A stretch of DNA of 64,000 bases from Chara braunii (Eukaryota > Plantae > Charophyceae). The translations under genes were made by a program, and so were the position numbers. Where the stretch lies: contig BFEA01000027.1 of assembly GCA_003427395.1 (NCBI GenBank), positions 2,826,469-2,890,468 on the forward strand, given 5' to 3'. The notes below the pieces were generated by a model, which was not told where the DNA came from, searched no databases, and saw only the letters and a list, made by a program, of their open reading frames with translations. Below, piece by piece: positions 36,657-47,526 of the stretch; the stretch's first letter is position 1, and each line of letters begins with the position of its first letter.

Positions 36657-36767
36657 CTACCGACTTCCCCCGAACACAACGCACCCTCATTTTGGCTGAA
36701 CATGACCGGAGATATAGGTTGTGTACGGTCATTATCAGGGTGCGTTATGTTCGGGGGAAGAAGGCAG
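36657..36767. mobile_element. ~110-bp foldback MITE (Tc1/mariner-pogo-like)
   Basis: TIR CTACCGACTTCCCCCGAACACAACGCACCCT and its inverse; same family as the copies at 40.5-43 kb. Confidence 0.75.
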
Positions 36768-37402
36768 GTGCCGGACTCACCACCATCAGCTTGCGCGGCT
36801 ACTGGTTGTTCACACGGGCGCCTACCTACTGCAGCAGCGTGCCATGGTCTAGCGGGCTAGCAACTGTCAGATATGTGCACACTCACAACGCATCTGACTG
36901 GAATTACTGCGGATCTCGACGCATCTGCCCGTAATCACGACTAGAGTTCAGTCGAAAAAGTACTAGTGTGAGTAAGTACTGAAAGAGGACTTTCCTGGAC
37001 TGCAACTGTCCCTCCTGGACGTACTTGACCGCAATTACGTCCAGAGGTTAGTTGAAAAAGTCCCCACCTGTAGCGATACCGCTCTACCAGTTGGCGATTT
37101 CGATTCGAGGGTTTCCAGGGTCGTCTTCCCGTAGTCTCTTCAGCGATCTGGCGCCCTTCCGACTCTCAAGCTTTTCACCCAAGATTGGCTACTGGCTCTA
37201 TTCCCCGTAGGCAGCCAGCAAGGCAACCAGACGAGGAGAGTGTCGGAACGCAATTGGAGCGGGAGTCGAGAGCGAGAGTTGCGTGGAGAGGGGGCGAGGA
37301 GGGTGTTCCTCGCGCGAGCCAACGTCGAGCGCGGCAGCAAACCTATCCTGTTTGTAGAGGGCGCTACCGTCGCAGGAACAGGAACAGGGTAGGTCAGCGA
37401 AG

Positions 37403-37513
37403 ATGATCGACGACGAAGGGCTGGGCATGTTCGCCAACATCCTGGGCATCTTGATCTTCCTTCTGGTGGTGGCCTACCACTACGTGGTGGCCGACCCCAA
37501 GTACGATAAGTAA
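37403..37513 (+). CDS. OST4: Oligosaccharyltransferase subunit 4 (36 aa)
   Basis: [36 protein letters not shown], matching the plant OST4 pattern MxDDxxLGxxANxLG...YHYVxADPKY. Intact ORF with GC3-rich codons. Confidence 0.95.
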   Translation: MIDDEGLGMFANILGILIFLLVVAYHYVVADPKYDK

Positions 37514-37519
37514 GCTGGA

Positions 37520-37760
37520 GGAAGAAGACGGAGATGGAGATGGAGATGGAGAGGAAGGAAATGACGAAAGGAGATGGAGATGGAGATGGAGAGGAAGGAA
37601 ATGACGAAAGGAGATGGAGATGGAGATGGAGATGGAGAGGAAGGAAATGGCGAAAGGAGGTGGAGATGGAGGTGGAGATGGAGAGGAAGGAAATGGCGCG
37701 ACCGTAAGCAACGCTGACGATGAAGACGGAGATGCAGAGAGGGAGAAGACGGAGATGGCG
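37520..37760. repeat. (GGAGAT)n purine-rich repeat downstream of OST4
   Basis: Direct reading. Confidence 0.85.
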
Positions 37761-37929
37761 CGAGTTTTTAGCCGTCAAGCACTGGAGGACAGGAATTAGA
37801 ACAACCAAGGGGAAGCGAAGGGCGTGTGATTATGATCTGGGAATCGTATCGGGATTGGAACATGCGACTAGGGATCTTAATCTCCGACCTACTGGGGAGC
37901 CTAATCTGCGATAGCGGAGGGAGTTGTGA

Positions 37930-38113
37930 AACTGCAACCTGGGATCTTAAGCTGCGACTGCCGATCTTAAGCTGCGACTGCGGATCTTACGCTGCGATCT
38001 GGGATCTTACGCGGCGACCTGGGATCTTAAGCTGCTACCTGAGATAAAGAGTTGCGACCTGGGATCTTAAGTTGCGACCTGGGATCTTAAGCTGCGACCT
38101 GGGATCTTAAGCT
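37930..38113. repeat. 20-bp minisatellite GCGACCTGGGATCTTAAGCT
   Basis: About 8-9 tandem copies. Confidence 0.85.
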
Positions 38114-38919
38114 ATACTGGAGAGTCACCCTCTTTTACTATTTTGCCCTGTTGCCTGCTCTTTCTGCTCGGGGGATTATCTAGTACTTGCTGCAGACTGC
38201 TGCAGACGAACCTGGTCTCCGTTTGTGGTAGAGAAAAGGAAGGCTTCCGGCTTCCTTTCACTCGGGGTTTAAACCTTGGCCTTTTTAACTGAAGACTTCG
38301 GGCTTTTCCTTTCACTCGGGGTTTGAACCCCGCCCTTTTTAACGGTCGTCGGCGAAGATGGAAAGTACATGTCCATGTCATCGAATTTCTGTCATCCCAT
38401 TTGATGCAATCGGATGATTAATGGATTCTATTTCCATACCCTCACCCACACTCGCTCCCTCTCCTCCGCCCTCGGTCTTCCACCCCCCCCGCCTTCCCCC
38501 GTTTCCCCCCTGTCGTCCCCTTCGTCTCCTGCCTATTGTTTATTGTCTTGCCATTCTGAAACATCGCCGGTGGTTGTCGATGAACGATTATGCTTTTCGC
38601 TTGCGCCTTCCACGTCGGTTGCTCAGCTCCTCGGGTGCCAAAAAAAAAAAAAGAAAAAAGAAAAAAGAAAAGAAGGTTCCTATAGGGAGGAGATGTAGCT
38701 GTGTACTGTTCACGCACATATTCTCCGAGTGCTTGACGGTGTCACGTTTTCGAGGGTCTTGCTATTGAGTGGTTTTGGTGCTAGGCCTTGGAATCTTGAG
38801 GAGGGATGGCCGTTCGATATATCTAGCAATCTTGAGGAGGAGGGATGGCGGCTCATTGATCGCTCGGTAGATCGCTCGATTAGGTGGTCGATCGATCGAT
38901 TGATGGATCGATCAGTCGC

Positions 38920-38952
<33 letters not shown>

Positions 38953-39592
38953 CAGAAGGGGAGGGCAACGAAGTAGCGGAGGGCGTGTCGAGGGCGATTG
39001 ATTGATTGATTGGTTGGTTGGTTAATTAGTTGGTCGGTAGGGGAAGATAAAGAAGAAGCGGCGGGCGTGTCGAGGGGGTCTAGCTATCGGAGAGAGAAGT
39101 GTTATTTTTCTTCACCCATTTAAGGATTTTGCAGATGTTTTTGGCCTCACTCAATGTCTTTTTGTTTTATAAATGAACTACGCCAATTCTTGTCTCAAAT
39201 TCTTTCATTTTTCGCTACCTACCTGCTCTACTACATCCGAGGCTATACATGGGACCCCTTCAAACATAGCTATACTCTCCTGGTGAAGGGAGTTTCACCT
39301 ATCTCGGTGAAGGGCGGAGGGTTTTTCTCCTCTTTTAGTTCCTTTGTTGTGCTCATGTTGTGGAGTTTGTACATGGGACCCCTATCTACCTCTCTCGGTG
39401 AAGGAAGGCTTACCTATCTCGGTGAAGGGTGTTTTTCTCCTCTTTTGGTGTTTTTTGTGTGACAATTTTCTGGGAACGCTTTTTTTTTTTGGCTGTTTCC
39501 TTTTTCTTGGTTCCCTGACTGAAGAATTTGCGTTAAAAGGCGTCCTCACATTGTTACCCTCCTGGAGGTCTCTGAGAGGGCAATTGCGCCAC

Positions 39593-40312
39593 ATTCTATC
39601 TCGAGGAAGTCCTATAGGGTTAGTAAGCAAGCCCAATGGTGAATTTTCTTCCTGGACTGGATGTGGTGATGGCGAGCTGGACACGTATAAATTGACAAAA
39701 ACTATAGAAAAGAAGGAGAATAGATAAATGGAAATGAAGCTAGGCGAGCTGGACAAAGATTGGCCACGCGGGGGAGAGGGTGGAGAAGGAGGGGGAGAAC
39801 GGGGAAGCAAAGGGGAGAGAAAAGGGGGGCAGAAAAGGAGGTCGGGGGACAAGAGTGGATATAAGGGGGAGAAAAGAGGGAGAAGGGAGGAGGAAAGTAG
39901 GAGAAAAGGGGGAGAAAAGTGAGAAAAGTGAAGAAAAGGGGGACAAGGGGGGAGAAAAGAGGGGGAGAAAAATGAAGAAAAGAGGGAGAAGGGGGGAGAA
40001 AAGGGAAGAACAGGGGTAGAAGGGAGGGGAGAACGGGGAAGCGAAGGGGCAGAAGAGGTCGCGAGAGGAGTGGATATAAGGGGGTAAAAGGGGGGGAGAA
40101 AAGAAGCAAAAGGGGGGAGAAAAGGAATGAAAAGTCCGAGAAGGGCGGAAAAAAGAGGGAGAATGGGGTAGAAAAGGGAAGAAAAGGGGGAGAAGGGGGG
40201 AGCATAAGGGAGAACGAGGATGCTCTCTTTCATTCCTCGCCACCTCTACTCTGAGTTCGCGAAGAAATCGACAATTGGGCCTACTAACCCTGGAACTTCC
40301 TCGAGATGGAAT
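39593..40312. mobile_element. Putative degenerate foldback element with a purine-rich core
   Basis: ~55-bp imperfect inverted repeats (ATCTCGAGGAAGT..AGGGTTAGTA..GCCCAAT at 39593-39651; inverse at 40261-40312) flank a G/A-rich tract. Confidence 0.5.
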
Positions 40313-40540
40313 ATTGAGCGGTTGACCTAAGAGTATATGACCGTGTCGGTTATTTTCGTCTTTCCACTCACTCGTTCCTCCCATTTGGCATTGAAAGCAT
40401 CACTCACAAATGTAGAAATAAACAATTCAAGAAATACTAAATACATCAGATGCAACAACCCGTGTAAGGCGAAGAAGGGCATGACTCATATAGACACAGC
40501 CCGGTTCAGAGCTTTTTGCGATATGACATGCTAACGTACT

Positions 40541-40651
40541 CTACCGTCTTCACCCGAATAGAACGCCCTGTCATTGTCGCTCCATCCGGTCTAAAAGTTG
40601 GCCCAAATGCGGCCATAATGACCGGGCGTTCTATTTGGGTGAACACGGTAG
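40541..40651. mobile_element. ~110-bp MITE
   Basis: C-TA-CCGTCTTCACCCGAATAGAACGCCC ... GGGCGTTCTATTTGGGTGAACACGG-TA-G. Confidence 0.85.
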
Positions 40652-41009
40652 CCCCCGCTCAGGAATGCCTCTAGCTGGATGTGATGTGATGGTGCACAGG
40701 TAACAAAGCCCGCCGCAGCATGGTCCTTCCAACGCACGATCTGCGGCTGCAGTTGAGCAGAGAGAGGTAGGTACCCTACAGAAATGGTGAAGGTCCGTAT
40801 GATGGTAATTAGATCAATGGCGGATGTACTGTGGTCACGATTTTTCGAGCGAAATTAGGAGCTCTTAAGATTTTTCATTGCCAGGACAATTTATCTTTTG
40901 ATATTTTTTCTGTTCCGACGGTTTTTCATGATGTTTACGGTTTTACTTATTATGAACCCTTTTGCCTTTTTCCATTTGTTTGGGATTGTGTTTGTTTACC
41001 TTCCCATCA

Positions 41010-41342
41010 GTTGCCGTTTCCGTTTTTTCCGTTTCCGTTTTCCGTGTCCGTTTGCCGTTTCCGTTTTCATATCGCTTTTCGTTTCCCTTTTTTTCCGTTT
41101 TCCGGTTTCATGTCGCTTTCTGTTTTCCGTTTCCCGTTTTCATTTCGCTTTTCGTTTCCGTTTTTTTTTCCCGTTTTCCTGTTTCATGTCGCTTCCCGTT
41201 TTCCGTTTCCCGTTTTCATTTCGGTGTCCGTTTGCGTTCTCCGATTTACGTTTTCGTTTCCGTTTCGGTTTTCGTTTCCGTTTTTATCGCCGTTTTGGTT
41301 TCCGTTGTCGTTTATGTTTTCGTTTTCGTTGTCGTTATCGTT
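41010..41342. repeat. (TTTCCG)n-like degenerate microsatellite
   Basis: Direct reading. Confidence 0.85.
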
Positions 41343-41444
41343 CTTATATATATGATGGATTCGTGGTTTTGTTCCTCGTGCGAGCTGTAAGGTGATATGA
41401 TGGATGGGGCTTTACTGATCAAGTCCGTGTAGTTATAATGACTA

Positions 41445-41559
41445 TACTGTCTTCACCCGAATAGAACGCCCGGTCATCAAAGCTGCATCTGGACTGAAAG
41501 TTGCCCTGAATCGAGCTAAAAAAGAATGACAGGGCGTTCTATTCGGGTGTAGACGGTAG
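41445..41559. mobile_element. ~110-bp MITE
   Basis: Same TIRs, TA-flanked. Confidence 0.85.
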
Positions 41560-42077
41560 CAAGTTGTGCACATATGGCACTTATATAGCATCGCTTCGAA
41601 AGAGTACTCGTCTCCTTTTAACCCTAAACCTGTCTTCCCTAGGAATGCAACGCACCTAGTCAGTTCTTCGTCCAGATGCATCGCGCCTTAATTATGAATG
41701 TATGCAATCCGTCTTTCCTGCCCGAATACTCGTCTCCTTTTAACCCTAAACCTGTCTTCCCTAGGAATGCAACGCACCTAGTCAGTTCTTCGTCCGAATG
41801 CATCGCGCCTTAATCATGAATGTATGCAATGTCTTTCCTGCCCGAATGCAGTCGCGATGATGGTGCGTTGTATTCGGGGGAAGACGCGGTAGTCTGTGTT
41901 CTCTACCCCTAGTTTGTATTTCAGCCGGGCGTTCTATTGGATGAAGGCGGCTCTACCCCTAGTTTGTATTCCAGCCGGGCGTTCTATTCGGATGAAGACG
42001 GCTTGAGACGTGTCAGGTAGATTGAATGATATCCTCCTTAATTCCAATCCTGGGTTCGATCGAGGAGTTGTAGTAGA

Positions 42078-42188
42078 CTACCGGTTTCCTCTGAATTGAA
42101 CGTATGGGGATTGTTGAAGCTGTATTTGGGCGAAATTCCTGTCTAGACACAGCGATAATCACCGTACGTTCTAATTAGGTGACGACGG
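42078..42188. mobile_element. ~110-bp MITE (diverged)
   Basis: CTACCGGTTTCCTCTGAATTGAACGTA ... TACGTTCTAATTAGGTGACGACGG. Confidence 0.6.
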
Positions 42189-42354
42189 CCTTCGTCCGTA
42201 CAAATGAATGCAAAAGTACCGTTTGTAATTTGTATTAGGGTTATTATTATATTAAGAAATGCTATGGAACGCAAGAATTAGGTTTTCTTTCTTTCTGAGC
42301 AAGGGAACCGAACCTAACCTAACCTAACCTAACCTGACTTAACCAACCATGATG

Positions 42355-42462
42355 CTACCTTCCCCCGAATACAACGTACGGTCATTATAGCCTTATTTGG
42401 GGCATCTTCCAGTCGAAATACAGCTATACTGACCGTGCATTGTATTCGGGGGAAGAAGGTAG
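42355..42462. mobile_element. ~110-bp MITE
   Basis: CTACCTTCCCCCGAATACAACG ... TTGTATTCGGGGGAAGAAGGTAG. Confidence 0.8.
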
Positions 42463-42849
42463 GCCATACTCTTAACGGAATGAAACTATTTAACTAAACA
42501 AAAAAAATAGGAATGGAAGGGTCCCATTTGATCAAGCATCCCCCCCCCCCCCCCCCCCCCCCCCAACAAAGACCTTATTTAGTCATTTTTTCAGACCAAA
42601 GATGTTGAAGAGGGGAAAGAAAAACATAAAGTTCGGATTAGGTGAGGTTTTTTCACTCTTGTTGCATTGTTGGCACTGCTCCACTGTTGCATGTTAGTTT
42701 CTTCTACTGGTACTGTGGTACATGTTCTAGCCGACCTTGAGTGTGAGGGTGTTAAGTTGATTGATCTATAGGTCAGATAAGTAGGTCCAGGAAAGTGTTG
42801 GTCTCGGTGCCTTTTCTCCAGTAAGAGATGAAAGACCGACTCTACCTCT

Positions 42850-42980
42850 CTACTGTCTGCACAACCCAATAGAACGCCCGGTCATTATCTCTGTATCTAG
42901 ACTGAAAGTTGCCCACCTAAATGCACAGCTGTATTGGGCCGGGGCGTTCCGGGCGCGTTCTATTCGAGGGAAGATGGTAG
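42850..42980. mobile_element. ~130-bp MITE (diverged)
   Basis: AATAGAACGCCCGGTCAT ... GCGTTCTATTCGAGGGAAGATGGTAG. Confidence 0.7.
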
Positions 42981-43384
42981 GCTGTTCGGTATTACCCCAG
43001 GTACTAGGTGATATTAGTTAAAAAAAAAAATTGGAGATGGATAGACAAAGACAAGGCCCGCCTGCGTTACTTCAGGGTTTCCACAACAATCGGAAAAAAA
43101 AAAAAAAAATCTNCAGGTTTCCAGAGGGNATNTNNNTNAAAAAAAAAATTGGAGATGGATANAAAAANACAAGGCCCGCCTGCGTTACTTCAGGGTTTCC
43201 ACAACAATCGGAAAAAAAAAAAAAAAAAAATCTTCAGGTTTCCAGAGGGGAGAGGTGGATTCGGTTCGTTTATTATTATTACTAATTAATAATTAAAGAA
43301 AATTGAAAACTGCCTACTTTTTTTTTCGGTACACGTGTCAGACCGCCGCTGGATGTGTTTTATTTTGGCGGAAATTCTGTCAAA

Positions 43385-43625
43385 AACTAGGCTACCAGAG
43401 TGGCCCGGGGTCACTTGCCCGGCCAGGCCAAATATATATATATATATTTTTTATATTTTATTTTAAATTTGGTGAAGAATTATGATGTGACTTTGAGGCA
43501 AAAGTTGTTCAGTTTATTTTTCTTCATAACATAGTTTTTCGGATTTTTTTGATTTTTTTTTTTTTGGCCGGGACCTTCCTTGGTCCTTGCACGGGCTGGC
43601 CACCTGGGACCCGGTAGGCTAGGTC
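43385..43625 (-). mobile_element. Internal fragment related to the hAT-like MITE at 491-1466
   Basis: Reverse-complement matches to ~780-1050 (GGCCAGCCCGTGCAAGGAC; CCGGGCAAGTGACCCCGGGCCACTCT). Confidence 0.75.
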
Positions 43626-45889
43626 AAAAAAATCTCGAAATCCGTTATGATTTATTTAACAATATATTACGCCAAACGATTTGAGCGGAGTTCACACGGA
43701 GCATGGTCCCATTAGCAGGCGGATAGGAGTGCGGCCGATCCAGTGTGACACTGAGTGGCAGCGGCCTGACAGGTTCATTACGAATTTCTGGGGTGAGAAA
43801 ACAGGAGAAAGGCAAAAAAAAAGAAAAAAGAAACAGAGACCTCCCACCTGAAATCACGTCAGAGTGCTTCCCAGCCATCAGATCACAAATGATCTGATGC
43901 TGGTGCTTGCAACAACAGTAGAGAGTAACTGCCATATTTTCTAAACTCAACTTCTGTCAGCAGTGATCCTGACGCCCTCCATATACTCCGTGATTGAAGG
44001 AGGGCTCCACCCAGTGATCCTGACGCCCTCCATATACTCCGTGATTGAAGGAGGGCTCCACCCAATGAGATAATTGCACAACAGCAAGCAAAATACTGAA
44101 AACTTCTATCCAGTGGGCCTATGGCCGACCCCACTCTCTTTTGGGGTTGGCCATACCCCCAACGGATTGAAAAGATTTTGGCGGGAAGCTTCCTTTGCAC
44201 CAGCATGCTCAGTGTTAAGGAGAGGAGGAGGGGAACCAAGATCTCCTTACTGTCTCGGGTAATACATTTAAAGTACTGACCATGGGATCACGAGTACTGA
44301 CCATGGGATCACGAGTACTGCACGACCACACAAACTCTTTTCTATCCTATCCGGTTGCTAGTGGGACCATGCTCACGCTCGTATTTAATTGGAACCTCCT
44401 TTTTTTTTTTTTTTTTTTTTTTTTTAATCCACTCTTTTTTAAGATAAAAAAAAAACGCTTTTTTTCCCACTTTTTTTATGATTACAAAAAACAAAAAAAG
44501 CTCGGGTGAAGTAACTCTTTTATATATGCCTAAGAATTAGGAGCCCTCCAGGAATGCGCTCGAACGAATTATTTGATTTGGAATAAGTTTATTGAGCTTT
44601 ATTCTTTCTTTCTTTTTTGTTTTTTGTTTTTTCTTTTTCCCCAAAACACAGTCAAATTCATTATCTATGAATATTGAAAAGAGGCCAGGGACCGCACAAT
44701 TCAACCGGGATTTATGGCGCAGCAGCAGCAGCCGGTTTAGCTTACGAGTATCAATTTTTTGTTATCATGTTTTTCATTTCCCAGTTTTGCTGCTAAATTT
44801 TATGTTTCGCTGCTAAATGAACCAACGAGGGCTCTACTCGTTGTGAGTAAGAAAAACCACCACCACTCTAACCTGCCTAACTACCCACCTATTCCATCTG
44901 CTCTTAAGATTGAGCGTTATTCTTATTATTAGTTATTAAATTGTCTTTTTTTCTTTTTTTCTTTCAAAGATGACAGCAAAGTTAAGAGCAAACCCTCGAC
45001 TGACCGAAGTTCGAACTAATTTACTCTTGCAAGGGAAACATGAGTGAGAGCGATAGACACAAATCCAAATTGCAAAATCATGCTGTAGCCCAGATAGTTG
45101 TGTACCAAGCAAGCAGAATGCACAATGCACCGAGTTATCTATCAGCCAAATAAGAGCACAGCAATAAACTCAAATGTCAATGTGGACACTCTGTGTCTGC
45201 ACCAGCACAGTGTCCAAGGTCGCTCAAGTGTCCAAGATCACTCCACCAGCACAGTGTCCAAGGTCGCTCTTCTCTATTGGCGGTAGGCGCCGAGCCTATC
45301 TACTCAGCACCTATACTAGCCTACACTGTGTTCATGCAAAGAAATCACTTCTTTGCAGAATGATGTATGTGGTGACGATATCGCCAATGCAGACTGCCAG
45401 CATACGCCAGTATGCAGAATTGACAAAGATAGGCCTCTCGTAAATATTCTGGTCCTCCTTCACTTAGGGCGGGCACAAGTCTGTACGCGCCCTCAGCCGA
45501 GATGTGGGGTGAGCTCTAGCAGGGCCACTGCTGCGAAGATTTAGGCCCCCATGTAAATTCCGACAGCCCTTTAGCGTGATCACACTGGCCTGTATCCCAG
45601 GCCTTGGCACATATTGGCAGGCCCTGCCTTCACTTAGGGCGGTCAGGCAAGGCCTTTCCAGCACTGCCGAGGCCTCAAATTCTCGCACTCAATTGTAAGT
45701 ATGGTTAATTACGAGCCGTCCAGGTAATCCGTTCGAGCAAGTGTGATGGCCTAGAGATGTCATCGTGAAACTGACCAGCCCCAGGTAATACATACGGAGA
45801 ACTTGGTTTATCTATCATGGCTAGAAGTTATTTTGTCTTTTGTGCATGTGGTGAGTAGTGCAGTGTGGCTCACAGACCTAAGACTTCTG

Positions 45890-45960
45890 TTTTTTTTTTT
45901 TTTTTTGGCCATGCTAGTCTTCTCTGTATCGTTCCAATTTTAACAGATATCCCGAAGGAC
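45890..45960 (-). pseudogene. U6: 3'-truncated U6 snRNA retrocopy with poly(A) and TSD
   Basis: Reverse complement reads GTCCTTCGGGATATCTGTTAAAATTGGAACGATACAGAGAAGACTAGCATGGCC plus A17. 17-bp TSD ACAGACCTAAGACTTCT at 45872-45888 and 45961-45977. Confidence 0.95.
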
Positions 45961-47336
45961 ACAGACCTAAGACTTCTAATCATCGATAAACAAAACGTGT
46001 CCTGGCTCATTTTGCATGTTTGGCGAGTAGTGGAACGAGGCCCTTGTACCTCAACAACACTTACAGGTGTACCAACTGTGTTTGCCCCGTTGGTAAACAT
46101 ATTGTTTTATTGAAATTTATTCTGATTTGTTTTGTTCTTATTGGAATCCCTGTTGCTGCAAAATGATGCTGGGGGGATGTTGGGGGGTTCCCCCCCCCCA
46201 AAAAAAAAAGAAAAAATTTAAAAATCGAGGGGGGTTAGTTTGGTGAAAGAGGGGTGTAGCCTATACGTACCCTCTTTGGAGAGACTTCATGCTTTTCACG
46301 TACCCTCTTGGGGTTTCCTTGTTGGGTTGACAATGCAGCAACTGAACTGTCTGCTTGGCACGGATCCTCTCTTTTGAGAGGGCTTGCACATGCTCTCCAT
46401 TTTAACCACAGAGTGGCAGGGTGCTGTTAAGGTCAAGAGAGTGTGCTTCAGAGCTGGGCAAGTGTGCATGCCATGCTGTATCTCTTTTCAACCAGGCACA
46501 TAACACAGTGACGGAGTGCTGAAAAAGATTGTCCAAGAAGAGTACACAGTGAGGATTGGATGAGCGGTGCTCCTCTTATCTAGACACCAGGTCTTGGGAG
46601 CTTGGTGTTGAACTCTGTATCAGTCACTGGGGATGCGGTTCTCCACTTTTCTTGCCTCTCTCTGTCTGTCTGTCTGTTCTGCACTTTTCTTGTCAATCAT
46701 TCTCATCTAAGAGTTGAGGAAGAAGGTGAGGGNNNNNNNNNNNNNNNNNNNNNNNNNNNNNNNNNNNNNNNNNNNNNNNNNNNNNNNNNNGGTCCAGTTG
46801 TTTTGTTCTTGTTCAGTGTTAATGGGATGGTGGTGCATTTCTGAGTCGGCTTCCCGTGCGATTCGGTGTGTCCTTGCAGTTGGATTGTTGCCCTTTTGCA
46901 TGTCCTGTTGTGATGTGTGTCAGTCTGGGCTGTTTTTTTTTCTTTCCTTACCTGCCCGCTGCTTGGTTCAGCAATGAGCAGGTGTGGCGTTTAGGCAGAT
47001 GGGGTTGTAGTAACCCGAAAATCGGCAGCACCACTGCGCTCAGCCTCGTACGTTTGAACTCTTTGTTCTTGGGTTAAAAAAATGAAAGAAATGGCCATTT
47101 TGCTGCTGCACTCCATTTGGATGGTTCTGGGGCGATCTGGTCAGTCACATTATCATGGCCAACTTTGGGACTCGTGGCCTTCTCTTGTTTGCCACTTGCG
47201 GTTTTCGAGAGGACTTGCTGTTGGTAATAGGTGATTTTGCAAAACGAACGGGTATAAATATACACACACACACATTCACACACTCACACATGCACACATG
47301 CACAGTCGTTAATTTTTCGACTGTATGGCGAATATG

Positions 47337-47372
<36 letters not shown>

Positions 47373-47526
47373 CGTCCTTTTTAGGGTGGAGTTGTGTATA
47401 GTGAACATGGCGCGCGTGCGCACTGTCACACTTTTCCCAGTCTGGCCACGTCTGATGACCAGAAAGCCAACACGCTGTCACACAGGATTTTGATGATGTT
47501 TGCAAAAAAAAAAAAAATCCCTTCCT

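Noticed and set aside
39382-41395. Long ORFs rich in F/P/S or F/R
   Set aside because: Artefacts of low-complexity repeats.
41604-41845. AACCCTAAACC as a telomerase RNA template within a ~120-bp duplication
   Set aside because: A common telo-box-like word; no USE/TATA promoter or supporting structure seen.
43845-44070. Possible exon with BTB/BACK-like LSLENMAVTL
   Set aside because: A single weak motif interrupted by a stop and a ~50-bp duplication; no further exons identified.
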